Shown here: positions 51,896 to 64,000 of the stretch, in pieces
Position numbering within the stretch: the stretch's first letter is position 1
Layout of the letters: the number at the start of each line of letters is the position of its first letter
Origin: Eledone cirrhosa
Taxonomy: Eukaryota
Reading direction: 5' to 3'
DNA: 64,000 nucleotides
NCBI GenBank assembly: GCA_964016885.1
Contig: OZ024745.1
Span: 6,200,001-6,264,000 of the forward strand
Notes under the pieces: model-generated
What the model was told of the DNA's origin: nothing
What the model saw: only the letters and a program-made list of their open reading frames with translations
Databases searched by the model: none
Made by a program: the position numbers and the translations under genes

Positions 51896-52107
51896 GAAGA
51901 AGAAGAAGAAGAAGAAGAAGAAGAAGAAGAAGAAGAAGAAGAAGAAGAAGAAGAAGAAGAAGAAGAAGAAGAAGAAGAAGAAGAAGAAGAAGAAGAAGAA
52001 GAAGAAGAAGAAGAAGAAGAAGAAGAAGAAGAAGAAGAAGAAGAAGAAGAAGAAGAAGAAGAAGAAGAAGAAGAAGAAGAAGAAGAAGAAGAAGAAGAAG
52101 AAGAAGA
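51896..52107. repeat. Pure (GAA)n, ~70 units
   Basis: Direct inspection. Confidence 0.97.
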
Positions 52108-52269
52108 TTCCAATTTCAAGTCTGGCAGTTGGAGTAGAAAACGTTAAGATGGTAAAAAGACTTCCTGTGGAGCTAGAGGTGAAGACTGGGACTTTTGAGT
52201 TAGGTGAAAAGAGAAAGTTGAGGCACTGATCCAGCAAATTTAGGGGGCAGAGTTGATTAAAGCAATCCC

Positions 52270-52500
52270 AGAATCCTTCTCCTTATCCATCGCCCTTAGG
52301 TGAGATAACAAACACAACTTCTCACCAACAGTCTCTGTTTCCCAGGTTTGTAGGTCTTCCTTGTCAATTACAATGTCTCTTGCTATGTTATCTTGGTATC
52401 TCAGCTTTCTGGTAGTGGACATCTCGCATAAGATGTCTGAAACCATCTCATATTTTGCGTGGAAACAATGACCAGCGAACCTTGACCTCAATCGGTCGTG
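52270..52500 (-). pseudogene. RTE-like ORF C-terminal remnant
   Basis: RSRFAGHCF..EMVSDIL..RKLRYQDNIARD..EDLQ resembles RTE C-termini. Confidence 0.5.
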
Positions 52501-52851
52501 CACTTACTTTGGGGGATATTTTTCTTTATATCTGATTAAGTATGGAATGGGTCTACCAAGGAATATTTTGAGCCTTTCTCAGAAGGGTTGTGTAACGGCT
52601 CTGTAGACGAGAGTGCAAGGTCCAACTATGAGAACTATAGAGAACAATAGGTTCTACTGTTGTTCTAAACTGGTAGGTTTTAAATTTGCTTGTACTTGAC
52701 TGCTACTTTATTTAATCAACCCCAGAAAGACGATAAAGTTGACGTCGATAAGATTTGAACTCAAAATAAAGAAAGCCAGAAAAAATCCACAATGTCATTT
52801 ATCCAACGTTTTATCAATTTATGAATCCACCAGGCTTCGTTATTAATATTA

Positions 52852-53040
52852 GGTGCGGTGAATTGGCAGTGTCGGTAGAGGGTTGGACGTCATGCTTTCT
52901 AGCATAGTTACGTCCCTTTACAGTCTGAGTTCAAATCCCGCCGAGGTTAACTTTGCCTTTCATCCTGACGGGGTCGATAAAATAAAGTACCAGTAATGTA
53001 CTGGGTAATTGCTGGCCTTGAGCCTAAAGTAGAAACAATT
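52852..53040 (+). mobile_element. tRNA-derived SINE
   Basis: A-box-like TGGCAGTGTCGG, B box GAGTTCAAATCC, conserved core GCCTTTCATCC..GGGGTCGATAAAATAAAGTACCAG. Confidence 0.8.
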
Positions 53041-53318
53041 ATTAATATTAAGTATTTATTAATATGTAAGATTTATTATACTGGAGCAATTTATGTTCTT
53101 ATAATTCCAATACATTTACCAATATAGGGATTGGTCGGTAAAATAAGGTACCAGTTTAGAACGGGTTCATTTAACCAGCTTTGCCTTTCTTCCAAATTTA
53201 CAATTTATTTTCAAATATTTCTTCAACGGGAAGTGCATAAATCGACAAATGGTTCTCATCATTTTACGCACCATGTCCCACCTTGACATCTCAAAAATTG
53301 CTATGCCCCCTGCCTCCT

Positions 53319-54903
53319 GCCATAGGTCTCTTAGATCAAAACTGACTTACGGCCATAGGTCTCTTAGATCAGAACTGACTAACGGCCATAGGTCTCTTAG
53401 ATCAAAACTGACTTACGGCCATAGGTCTCTTAGATCAGAACTGACTTACGGCCATAGGTCTCTTAGATAAAAACTGACTTACGGCCATAGGTCTCTTAGA
53501 TCAAAACTAACTTACGGCCATAGGTCTCTTAGATCAGAACTGACTTACGGCCATAGGTCTCTTAGATCAGAACTGACTTACGGCCATAGGTCTCTTAGAT
53601 CAAAACTGACTTACGGCCATAGGTCCCTTAGATCAGAACTGACTTACGGCCATAGGTCTCTTAGATCAGAACTGACTTACGGCCATAGGTCTCTTAGATC
53701 AAAACTGACTTACGGCCATAGGTCTCTTAGATCAGAACTGACTTACGGCCATAGGTCTCTTAGATCAAAACTGACTTACGGCCATAGGTCTCTTAGATCA
53801 GAACTGACTTACGGCCATAGGTCTCTTAGATCAAAACTGACTTACGGCCATAGGTCTCTTAGATCAGAACTGACTTACGGCCATAGGTCTCTTAGATCAA
53901 AACTGACTTACGGCCATAGGTCTCTTAGATCAAAACTGACTTACGGCCATAGGTCTCTTAGATCAAAACTGACTTACGGCCATAGGTCTCTTAGATCAGA
54001 ACTGACTTACGGCCATAGGTCTCTTAGATCAAAACTGACTTACGGCCATAGGTCTCTTAGATCAGAACTAACTTACGGCGATAGGTCCCTTAGATCAAAA
54101 CTAACTTACGGCGATAGGTCTCTTAGATAAGAACTAACTTACGGCGATAGGTCCCTTAGATCAGAACTAACTTACGGCCATAGGTCTCTTAGATCAAAAC
54201 TGACTTACGGCGATAGGTCCCTTAGATCAGAACTGACTTACGACCATAGGTCCCTTAGATCAAAACTGTCTTACGGCCATAGGTCCCTTAGATCAAAATT
54301 GACTTACGGCCATAGGTCCCTTAGATCAGAACTGACTTACGGACATAAGTCTCTTAGATCAGAACTAACTTACGGCCATAGATATCTTAGATGAAAACTG
54401 ACTTACGGCCATAGGTCTCTTAGATCAAAACTGACTTACGGCCATAGGTCTCTTGGATCAGAACTGACTTACGGCCATAGGTCTCTTAGATCAGAACTGA
54501 CTTACGGCCATAGGTCTCTTAGATCAGTACTGACTTACGGCCATAGGTCTCTTAGATAAAAACTGACTTACGGCCATAGGTCTCTTAGATCAAAACTGAC
54601 TTACGGCCATAGGTCTCTTAGATCAGAACTGACTTACGGCCATAGGTCTCTTAGATCAGAACTGACTTACGGCCATAGGTCTCTTAGATCAAAACTGACT
54701 TACGGCCATAGGTCTCTTGGATCAGAACTGACTTACGGCCATAGGTCTCTTGGATCAGAACTGACTTACGGCCATAGGTCTCTTGGATCAGAACTGACTT
54801 ACGGCCATAGGTCTCTTGGATCAGAACTGACTTACGGCCATAGGTCTCTTAGATCAGAACTGACTTACGGCCAAAGGTCTCTTGGATCAGAACAGACTTA
54901 CGG
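53319..54903. repeat. 33-bp satellite GGCCATAGGTCTCTTAGATCARAACTGACTTAC (~48 copies)
   Basis: Period of 33 checked at 53351 and 53384; no spacers. Confidence 0.97.
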
Positions 54904-54904
54904 T

Positions 54905-57900
54905 AGATATAGTATTATATTACTGTCAGATATAATATTATATTACTGTCAGATATAGTATTATAATACTGTCAGATATAGTATTATAATACTGTCAGAT
55001 ATAGTATTATAATACTGTCAGATATAGTATTATATTACTGTTAGATATAGTGTTATAATACTGTCAGATATAGTATTATATTCCTGTCAGATATAGTGTT
55101 ATAATTCTGTCTGATATAGTATTATAATATTGTCAGATATTGTATTATATTACTGTCAGATATAGTATTATAATACTGTCAGATATAGTATTATAATACT
55201 GTCAGATATAGTATTATATTACTGTCAGATATAGTATTATAATACTGTCTGATATTGTATAATATCACTGTCATATATAGTATTATATTACTGTCTGATA
55301 TAGAATTATATCACTGTCAGATATAGTATTATAATACTGTCAGATATAGTATCATAATACTGTCAGATATAGTATTATAATACTGTCAGATATAGTATTA
55401 TAATACTGTCAGATATAATGTTATAATACTGTCAGATATAGTATTATAATACTGTCAGATATAGTATTTTATTACTGACAGATATAGTATTATATTACTG
55501 TCAGATATAGTATTATAATACTGTCTGATATAGTATTATCTTATCGTCAGATATAGTATTATATTACTGTCTGATATAGTATTATAATACTGTCAGATAC
55601 AGTATTATATTACTGTCAGTTATAGTATTATAATACTGTCAGATATAGTATTATGTTACTGTCTGATATTGTATTATATTACTGTTTGATATAGTATTAT
55701 ATTTCTGTTAGATATAGTATTTTAATACTGTCAGATATAGTATTATAATACTGTCTGTTATAGTATTATATTATTGTCAGATATAGTATTATATTACTGT
55801 CCTATATAATATTATAATACTGTCAGATATAGTATTATAATACTGTCAGATATAGTATTATATTACTGTTAGATATAGTATTATATTACTATCAGATATA
55901 GTATTATATTACTGTCAGATATAGTATTATATTACTGTCAGATATAGTATTATATTACTGTCAGATATAGTATTATATTACTGTCTGATATAGTATTATA
56001 TTACTGTCAGATATAGTATTATATTACTGTCAGATATAGTATTATATTATTGTCAGATATAGTATAATATTACTGTCAGATATAGTATTATAATACTGTC
56101 AGATATAGTATTATAATGCTGTCAGATATATTATTATAATACTGTCAGATATAGTATTATAATACTGTCAAATATAGTATTATATTACTGTCAGATATAG
56201 TATTATAATACTGTCAGTTGTAGTATTATAATACTGTCAGATATAGTATTATATTACTGTCAGATATAGTATTATAATACTGTCTGACAGTAATATATTA
56301 CTGTCAGATATAGTATTATATAACTGTCAGATATTGTATTATATTACAGTCAGATATAGTATTATAACACTGTCTGACAGTATTATATTACTGTCAGATA
56401 TAGTATTATATTACTGTCAGATATTGTATTTATATTACTGTCAGATATAGTATTATAATACTGTCTGACAGTATTATGTTACTGTCAGATAAAGTATTAT
56501 ATTACTGTCAGATATAGTGTTATAATACTGTCAGATATAGTATTATAATACTGTCTGACAGTATTATATTACTGTCAGATATAGTATTATATTACTGTCA
56601 GATATAGTGTTTTAATACTGTCAGATATAGTATTATATTACTGTCAGATATAGTGTTATAATACTGTCTGATATAGTATTATAAAACTGTCAGATATTGA
56701 ATTATATTGCTGTCAGATATAGTATTATAATACTGTCAGTTATAGTATTATATTACTGTCAGATATAGTATTATAATACTCTTAGATATTGTATTATATC
56801 ACTGTCAGATATAGTATTATATTACTGGCAGATATAGTATTATATTACTGTCAGATATAGTATTATATTACTGTCAGATATAGTAATATAATACTGTCAG
56901 ATATAGTATTATAATACTCTCAGTTATAGTATTATATTACTGACAAATATATTATTATATTACTGTCAGATATAGTATTGTATTGCTGTCAGATATAGAA
57001 TTATAATTCTGTCAGATATAGTATCATATTACTGTCAGATATAGTATGATAATACTGTCAGATATAATATTATGATACTGTCAGATATAGAATTATAATA
57101 CTGTCTGATATAGTATTATATTACTGTCAGATATAGTATTATAATACTGTCAGATATAGTATTATAATACTGTCAGATATAGTATTATATTACTGTTAGA
57201 TATAGTATTATATTACTGTCAGATATAATATTATATTACTGTCAGATATAGTATTATAATACTGTCAGATATAGTATTATAATACTGTCAGATATAGTAT
57301 TATAATACTGTCAGATATAGTATTATATTACTGTTAGATATAGTGTTATAATACTGTCAGATATAGTATTATATTCCTGTCAGATATAGTGTTATAATAC
57401 TGTCTGATATAGTATTAAAATATTGTCAGATATTGTATTATATTACTGTCAGATATAGTATTATAATACTTCTCAGATATAGTATTATATTACTGTAAGA
57501 TATAGTATTATAATAGTGTCAGATATAGTATTATAATACTGTCAGATATAGTATTATATTACTGTCAGATATAGTATTATAATACTGTCTGATATTGTAT
57601 AATATCACTGTCATATATAGTATTATATTACTGTCTGATATAGTATTATATCACTGTCAGATATAGTATTATAATACTGTCAGATATAGTATCATAATAC
57701 TGTCAGATATAGTATTATAATACTGTCAGATATAATGTTATAATACTGTCAGATATAGTATTTTATTACTGACAGATATAGTATTATATTACTGTCAGAT
57801 ATAGTATTATAATACTGTCTGATATAGTATTATCTTATTATCAGATATAGTATTATATTACTGTCTGATATAGTATTATAATACTGTCAGATACAGTATT

Positions 57901-60900
57901 ATATTACTGTCAGATATAGTATTATAATACTGTCAGATATAGTATTATGTTACTGTCTGATATTGTATTATATTACTGTTTGATATAGTATTATATTTCT
58001 GTTAGATATAGTATTTTAATACTGTCAGATATAGTATTATAATACTGTCTGATATAGTATTATATTATTGTCAGATATAGTATTATATTACTGTCCTATA
58101 TAATATTATAATACTGTCAGATATAGTATTATAATACTGTCAGATATAGTATTATATTACTGTTAGATATAGTATTATATTACTATCAGATATAGTATTA
58201 TATTACTGTCAGATATAGTATTATATTACTGTCAGATATAGTATTATATTACTGTCAGATATAGTATTATATTACTGTCTGATATAGTATTATATTACTG
58301 TCAGATATAGTATTATATTACTGTCAGATATAGTATTATATTACTGTCAGATATAGTATTATATTACTGTCAGATATAGTATTATAATACTGTCAGATAT
58401 AGTATTATAATACTGTCAGATATATTATTATAATACTGTCAGATATAGTATTATAATACTGTCAAATATAGTATTATATTACTGTCAGATATAGTATTAT
58501 AATACTGTCAGTTGTAGTATTATAATACTGTCAGATATAGTATTATATTACTGTCAGATATAGTATTATAATACTGTCTGACAGTATTATATTACTGTCA
58601 GATATAGTATTATATAACTGTCAGATATTGTATTATATTACAGTCAGATATAGTATTATAACACTGTCTGACAGTAGTATATTACTGTCAGATATAGTAT
58701 TATATTACTGTCAGATATTGTATTTATATTACTGTCAGATATAGTATTATAATACTGTCTGACAGTATTATGTTACTGTCAGATAAAGTATTATATTACT
58801 GTTAGATATAGTGTTATAATACTGTCAGATATAGTATTATAATACTGTCTAACAGTATTATATTATTGTCAGATATAGTATTATATTACTGTCAGATATA
58901 GTGTTTTAATACTGTCAGATATAGTATTATATTACTGTCAGATATAGTGTTATAATACTGTCTGATATAGTATTATAAAACTGTCAGATATTGAATTATA
59001 TTGCTGTCAGATATAGTATTATAATACTGTCAGTTATAGTATTATATTACTGTCAGATATAGTATTATAATACTCTCAGATATTGTATTATATCACTGTC
59101 AGATATAGTATTATATTACTGGCAGATATAGTATTATATTACTGTCAGATATAGTATTATATTACTGTCAGATATAGTAATATAATACTGTCAGATATAG
59201 TATTATAATACTCTCAGTTATAGTATTATATTACTGACAAATATATTATTATATTACTGTCAGGTATAGTATTGTATTGCTGTCAGATATAGAATTATAA
59301 TTCTGTCAGATATAGTATTATATTACTGTCAGATATATATTATATTACTGTCAGATATAGTATTATAATACTGTCAGATATAGTATTATAATACTGTCAG
59401 ATATAGTATTATATTACTGTCAGATATAGTATTATAATACAGTCAGATATAATATTATAATACTGTCAGATATAGAATTATAATACTGTCTGATATAGTA
59501 TTATATTATTGTCAGATATAGTATTATATTACTGTCAGATATAGTATTATAATACTGTCAGATATAGTATTATAATACTGTCAGATATAGTATTATATTA
59601 CTGTTAGATATAGTATTATATTACTATCAGATATAGTATTATAATACTGTCAGATATAGTATTATATTACTGTTAGATATAGTATTATATTACTATCAGA
59701 TATAGTATTATATTACTGTCAGATATAGTATTATATTACTGTCAGATATAGTATTATATTACTGTCAGATATAGTATTATATTACTGTCAGATACAGTAT
59801 TATATTACTGTCCGATATAGTATTATTTTTACTGTCAGATATAGTATTATATTACTGTCAGATATAGTATTATATTACTGTCAGATATAGTATTATAATA
59901 CTGTCAGATATAGTATTATAATACTGTCAGATATATTATTATAATACTGTCAGATATAGTATTATAATACTGTCAAATATAGTATTATATTACTGTCAGA
60001 TATAGTATTATAATACTGTCAGTTGTAGTATTATAATACTGTAAGATATAGTATTATATTACTGTCAGATATAGTATTATAATACTGTCTGACAGTATTA
60101 TATTACTGTCAGATATAGTATTATATAACTGTCAGATATGGTATTATATTACAGTCAGATATAGTATTATAACACTGTCTGACAGTATTATGTTACTGTC
60201 AGATAAAGTATTATATTACTGTCAGATATAGTGTTATAATACTGTCAGATATAGTATTATAATACTGTCTGACAGTATTATATTACTGTCAGATATAGTA
60301 TTATATTACTGTCAGATATAGTGTTATAATACTGTCAGATATAGTATTATATTACTGTCAGATATAGTGTTATAATACTGTCTGATATAGTATTATAAAA
60401 CTGTCAGATATTGAATTATATTGCTGTCAGATATAGTATTATAATACTGTCAGTTATAGTATTATATTACTGTCAGATATAGTATTATAATACTGTCAGA
60501 TATTGTATTATATCACTGTCAGATATAGTATTATATTACTGGCAGATATAGTATTTTATTACTGTCAGATATAGTATTATATTACTGTCAGATATAGTAA
60601 TATAATACTGTCAGATATAGTATTATAATACTCTCAGTTATAGTATTATATTACTGATAGATATATTATTATATTACTGTCAGATATAGTATTGTATTGC
60701 TGTCAGATATAGAATTATAATTCTGTCAGATATAGTATTATATTACTGTCAGATATATATTATATTACTGTCAGATATAGTATTATAATACTGTCAGATA
60801 TAGTATTATAATACTGTCAGATATAGTATTATATTACTGTCAGATATAGTATTATAATACAGTCAGATATAATATTATAATACTGTCAGATATAGAATTA

Positions 60901-63900
60901 TAATACTGTCTGATATAGTATTATATTATTGTCAGATATAGTATTATATTACTGTCAGATATAGTATTATAATACTGGCAGATATAGTATTATAATACTG
61001 TCACATATAGTATTATATTACTGTTAGATATAGTATTATATTACTATCAGATATAGTATTATAATACTGTCAACTATAGTATTATATTACTGTTAGATAT
61101 AGTATTATATTACTATCAGATATAGTATTATATTACTGTCAGATATAGTATTATATTACTGTGAGATATAGTATTATATTACTGTCAGATATAGTATTAT
61201 ATTACTGTCAGATATAGTATTATATTACTGTCAGATATAGTATTATAATACTGTCAGATATAGTATTATATTACTGTCAGATATAGTATTATAATACTGT
61301 CAGATATAGTATTATAATACTGTCAGATATATTATTATAATACTGTCAGATATAGTATTATAATACTGTCAAATATAGTATTATATTACTGTCAGATATA
61401 GTATTATAATAATGTCAGTTGTAGTATTATAATACTGTCAGATATAGTATTATATTACTGTCAGATATAGTATTATAATACTGTCTGACAGTATTATATT
61501 ACTGTCAGATATAGTATTATATAACTGTCAGATATGGTATTATATTACAGTCCGATATAGTATTATAACACTGTCTGACAGTATTATGTTACTGTCAGAT
61601 AAAGTATTATATTACTGTCAGATATAGTGTTATAATACTGTCAGATATAGTATTATAATACTGTCTGACAGTATTATATTACTGTCAGATATAGTATTAT
61701 ATTACTGTTAGATATAGTGTTATAATACTGTCAGATATAGTATTATATTACTGTCAGATATAGTGTTATAATACTGTCTGATATAGTATTATAAAACTGT
61801 CAGATATTGAATTATATTGCTGTCAGATATAGTATTATAATACTGTCAGTTATGGTATTATATTACTGTCAGATATAGTATTATAATACTGTCAGATATT
61901 GTATTATATCACTGTCAGATATAGTATTATATTACTGGCAGATATAGTATTATATTACTGTCAGATATAGTATTATATTACTGTCAGATATAGTAATATA
62001 ATACTGTCAGATATAGTATTATAATACTCTCAGTTATAGTATTATATTACTGATAGATATATTATTATATTACTGTCAGATATAGTATTGTATTGCTGTC
62101 AGATATAGAATTATAATTCTGTCAGATATAGTATTATATTACTGTCAGATATATATTATATTACTGTCAGATATAGTATTATAATACTGTCAGATATAGT
62201 ATTATAATACTGTCAGATATAGTATTATATTACTGTCAGATATAGTATTATAATACTGTCAGATATAATATTATAATACTGTCAGATATAGAATTATAAT
62301 ACTGTCTGATATAGTATTATATTATTGTCAGATATAGTATTATATTACTGTCAGATATAGTATAATAATACTGTCAGATATAGTATTATAATACTGTCAG
62401 ATATAGTATTATGTTACTGTTAGATATAGTATTATATTACTATCAGATATAGTATTATATTACTGTCAGATATAGTATTATATTACTGTCAGATATAGTA
62501 TTATATTACTGTCAGATATAGTATTATATTACTGTCAGATATAGTATTATAATACTGTCAGATATAGTATTATATTACTGTCAGATATATATTATATTAC
62601 TGTCAGATATAGTATTATAATACTGTCAGATATAGTATTATAATACTGTCAGATATAGTATTATAATACTGTCAAATATAGTATTATAATACTGTCAGAT
62701 AGAGTATTATATTACTGTCAGATATAGTATCATGATACTGTCAGTTATAGTATTATAATAATGTCAGATATAGTATTATACTACTGTCAGATATAGTATT
62801 ATAATACTGTCAGATATAGTATTATATTACTGTCAGATATAGTATTATATAACTGTCAGATATTGTATTATATTACAGTCAGATATAGTATTATAACACT
62901 GTCTGACAGTAGTATATTACTGTCAGATATAGTATTATATTACTGTCAGATATTGTATTTATATTACTGTCAGATATAGTATTATAATACTGTCTGACAG
63001 TATTATGTTACTGTCAGATAAAGTATTATATTACTGTTAGATATAGTGTTATAATACTGTCAGATATAGTATTATAATACTGTCTAACAGTATTATATTA
63101 TTGTCAGATATAGTATTATATTACTGTCAGATATAGTGTTTTAATACTGTCAGATATAGTATTATATTACTGTCAGATATAGTGTTATAATACTGTCTGA
63201 TATAGTATTATAAAACTGTCAGATATTGAATTATATTGCTGTCAGATATAGTATTATAATACTGTCAGTTATAGTATTATATTACTGTCAGATATAGTAT
63301 TATAATACTCTCAGATATTGTATTATATCACTGTCAGATATAGTATTATATTACTGGCAGATATAGTATTATATTACTGTCAGATATAGTATTATATTAC
63401 TGTCAGATATAGTAATATAATACTGTCAGATATAGTATTATAATACTCTCAGTTATAGTATTATATTACTGACAAATATATTATTATATTACTGTCAGGT
63501 ATAGTATTGTATTGCTGTCAGATATAGAATTATAATTCTGTCAGATATAGTATTATATTACTGTCAGATATATATTATATTACTGTCAGATATAGTATTA
63601 TAATACTGTCAGATATAGTATTATAATACTGTCAGATATAGTATTATATTACTGTCAGATATAGTATTATAATACAGTCAGATATAATATTATAATACTG
63701 TCAGATATAGAATTATAATACTGTCTGATATAGTATTATATTATTGTCAGATATAGTATTATATTACTGTCAGATATAGTATTATAATACTGTCAGATAT
63801 AGTATTATAATACTGTCAGATATAGTATTATATTACTGTTAGATATAGTATTATATTACTATCAGATATAGTATTATAATACTGTCAGATATAGTATTAT

Positions 63901-64000
63901 ATTACTGTTAGATATAGTATTATATTACTATCAGATATAGTATTATATTACTGTCAGATATAGTATTATATTACTGTCAGATATAGTATTATATTACTGT
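54905..64000. repeat. 23-bp AT-rich satellite CAGATATAGTATTATAWTACTGT (~395 copies, runs off the window)
   Basis: Period of 23 checked at 54950 and 54973; recurrent variant blocks. Confidence 0.97.

Noticed and set aside
51811-52237. Poly-E/K/S/F ORFs
   Set aside because: Translations of (GAA)n.
53319-64000. CRISPR array
   Set aside because: Units are head-to-tail with no unique spacers, there are no cas genes, and the context is eukaryotic.

Overview
Eukaryotic, gene-free, repeat-saturated window. The SINE motifs and extreme (TA)n/(GT)n density suggest an octopus or other coleoid cephalopod (inference). Positions 1-50 kb are a pile-up of Penelope-like retroelements (PLEs) from at least four coding lineages, mostly inserted into (TA)n tracts. 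One is apparently intact and young: a Naiad-like element at 5171-10650 with a 722-aa RT + GIY-YIG ORF, tandem pseudo-LTRs (pLTRs) and an inverted 5' pLTR. Reading by eye, I find 17 type-I hammerhead ribozyme folds in these pLTRs. Some have non-canonical cores: a compensatory U3-A8 core 'UUGAGAA' and a U4A core 'CAGAAGA'. Also present are a family of ORF-less palindromic fold-back mini-elements with a constant one-sided 55-95 nt tail, and a ~0.7 kb retrozyme-like tandem unit. Other elements: an RTE LINE with three C-terminal C2H2 fingers plus bipartite non-autonomous derivatives, a CR1-type LINE, a decayed hAT transposase, tRNA-derived SINEs, a long-TIR element and a 5.3-kb (AAC/ACC) array. From 53.3 kb the window is two abutting satellites: a 33-bp unit and a quasi-palindromic 23-bp unit with higher-order structure. 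No host protein-coding gene, rRNA, tRNA gene or CRISPR array is supported. All RNA folds were read by hand, not computed.
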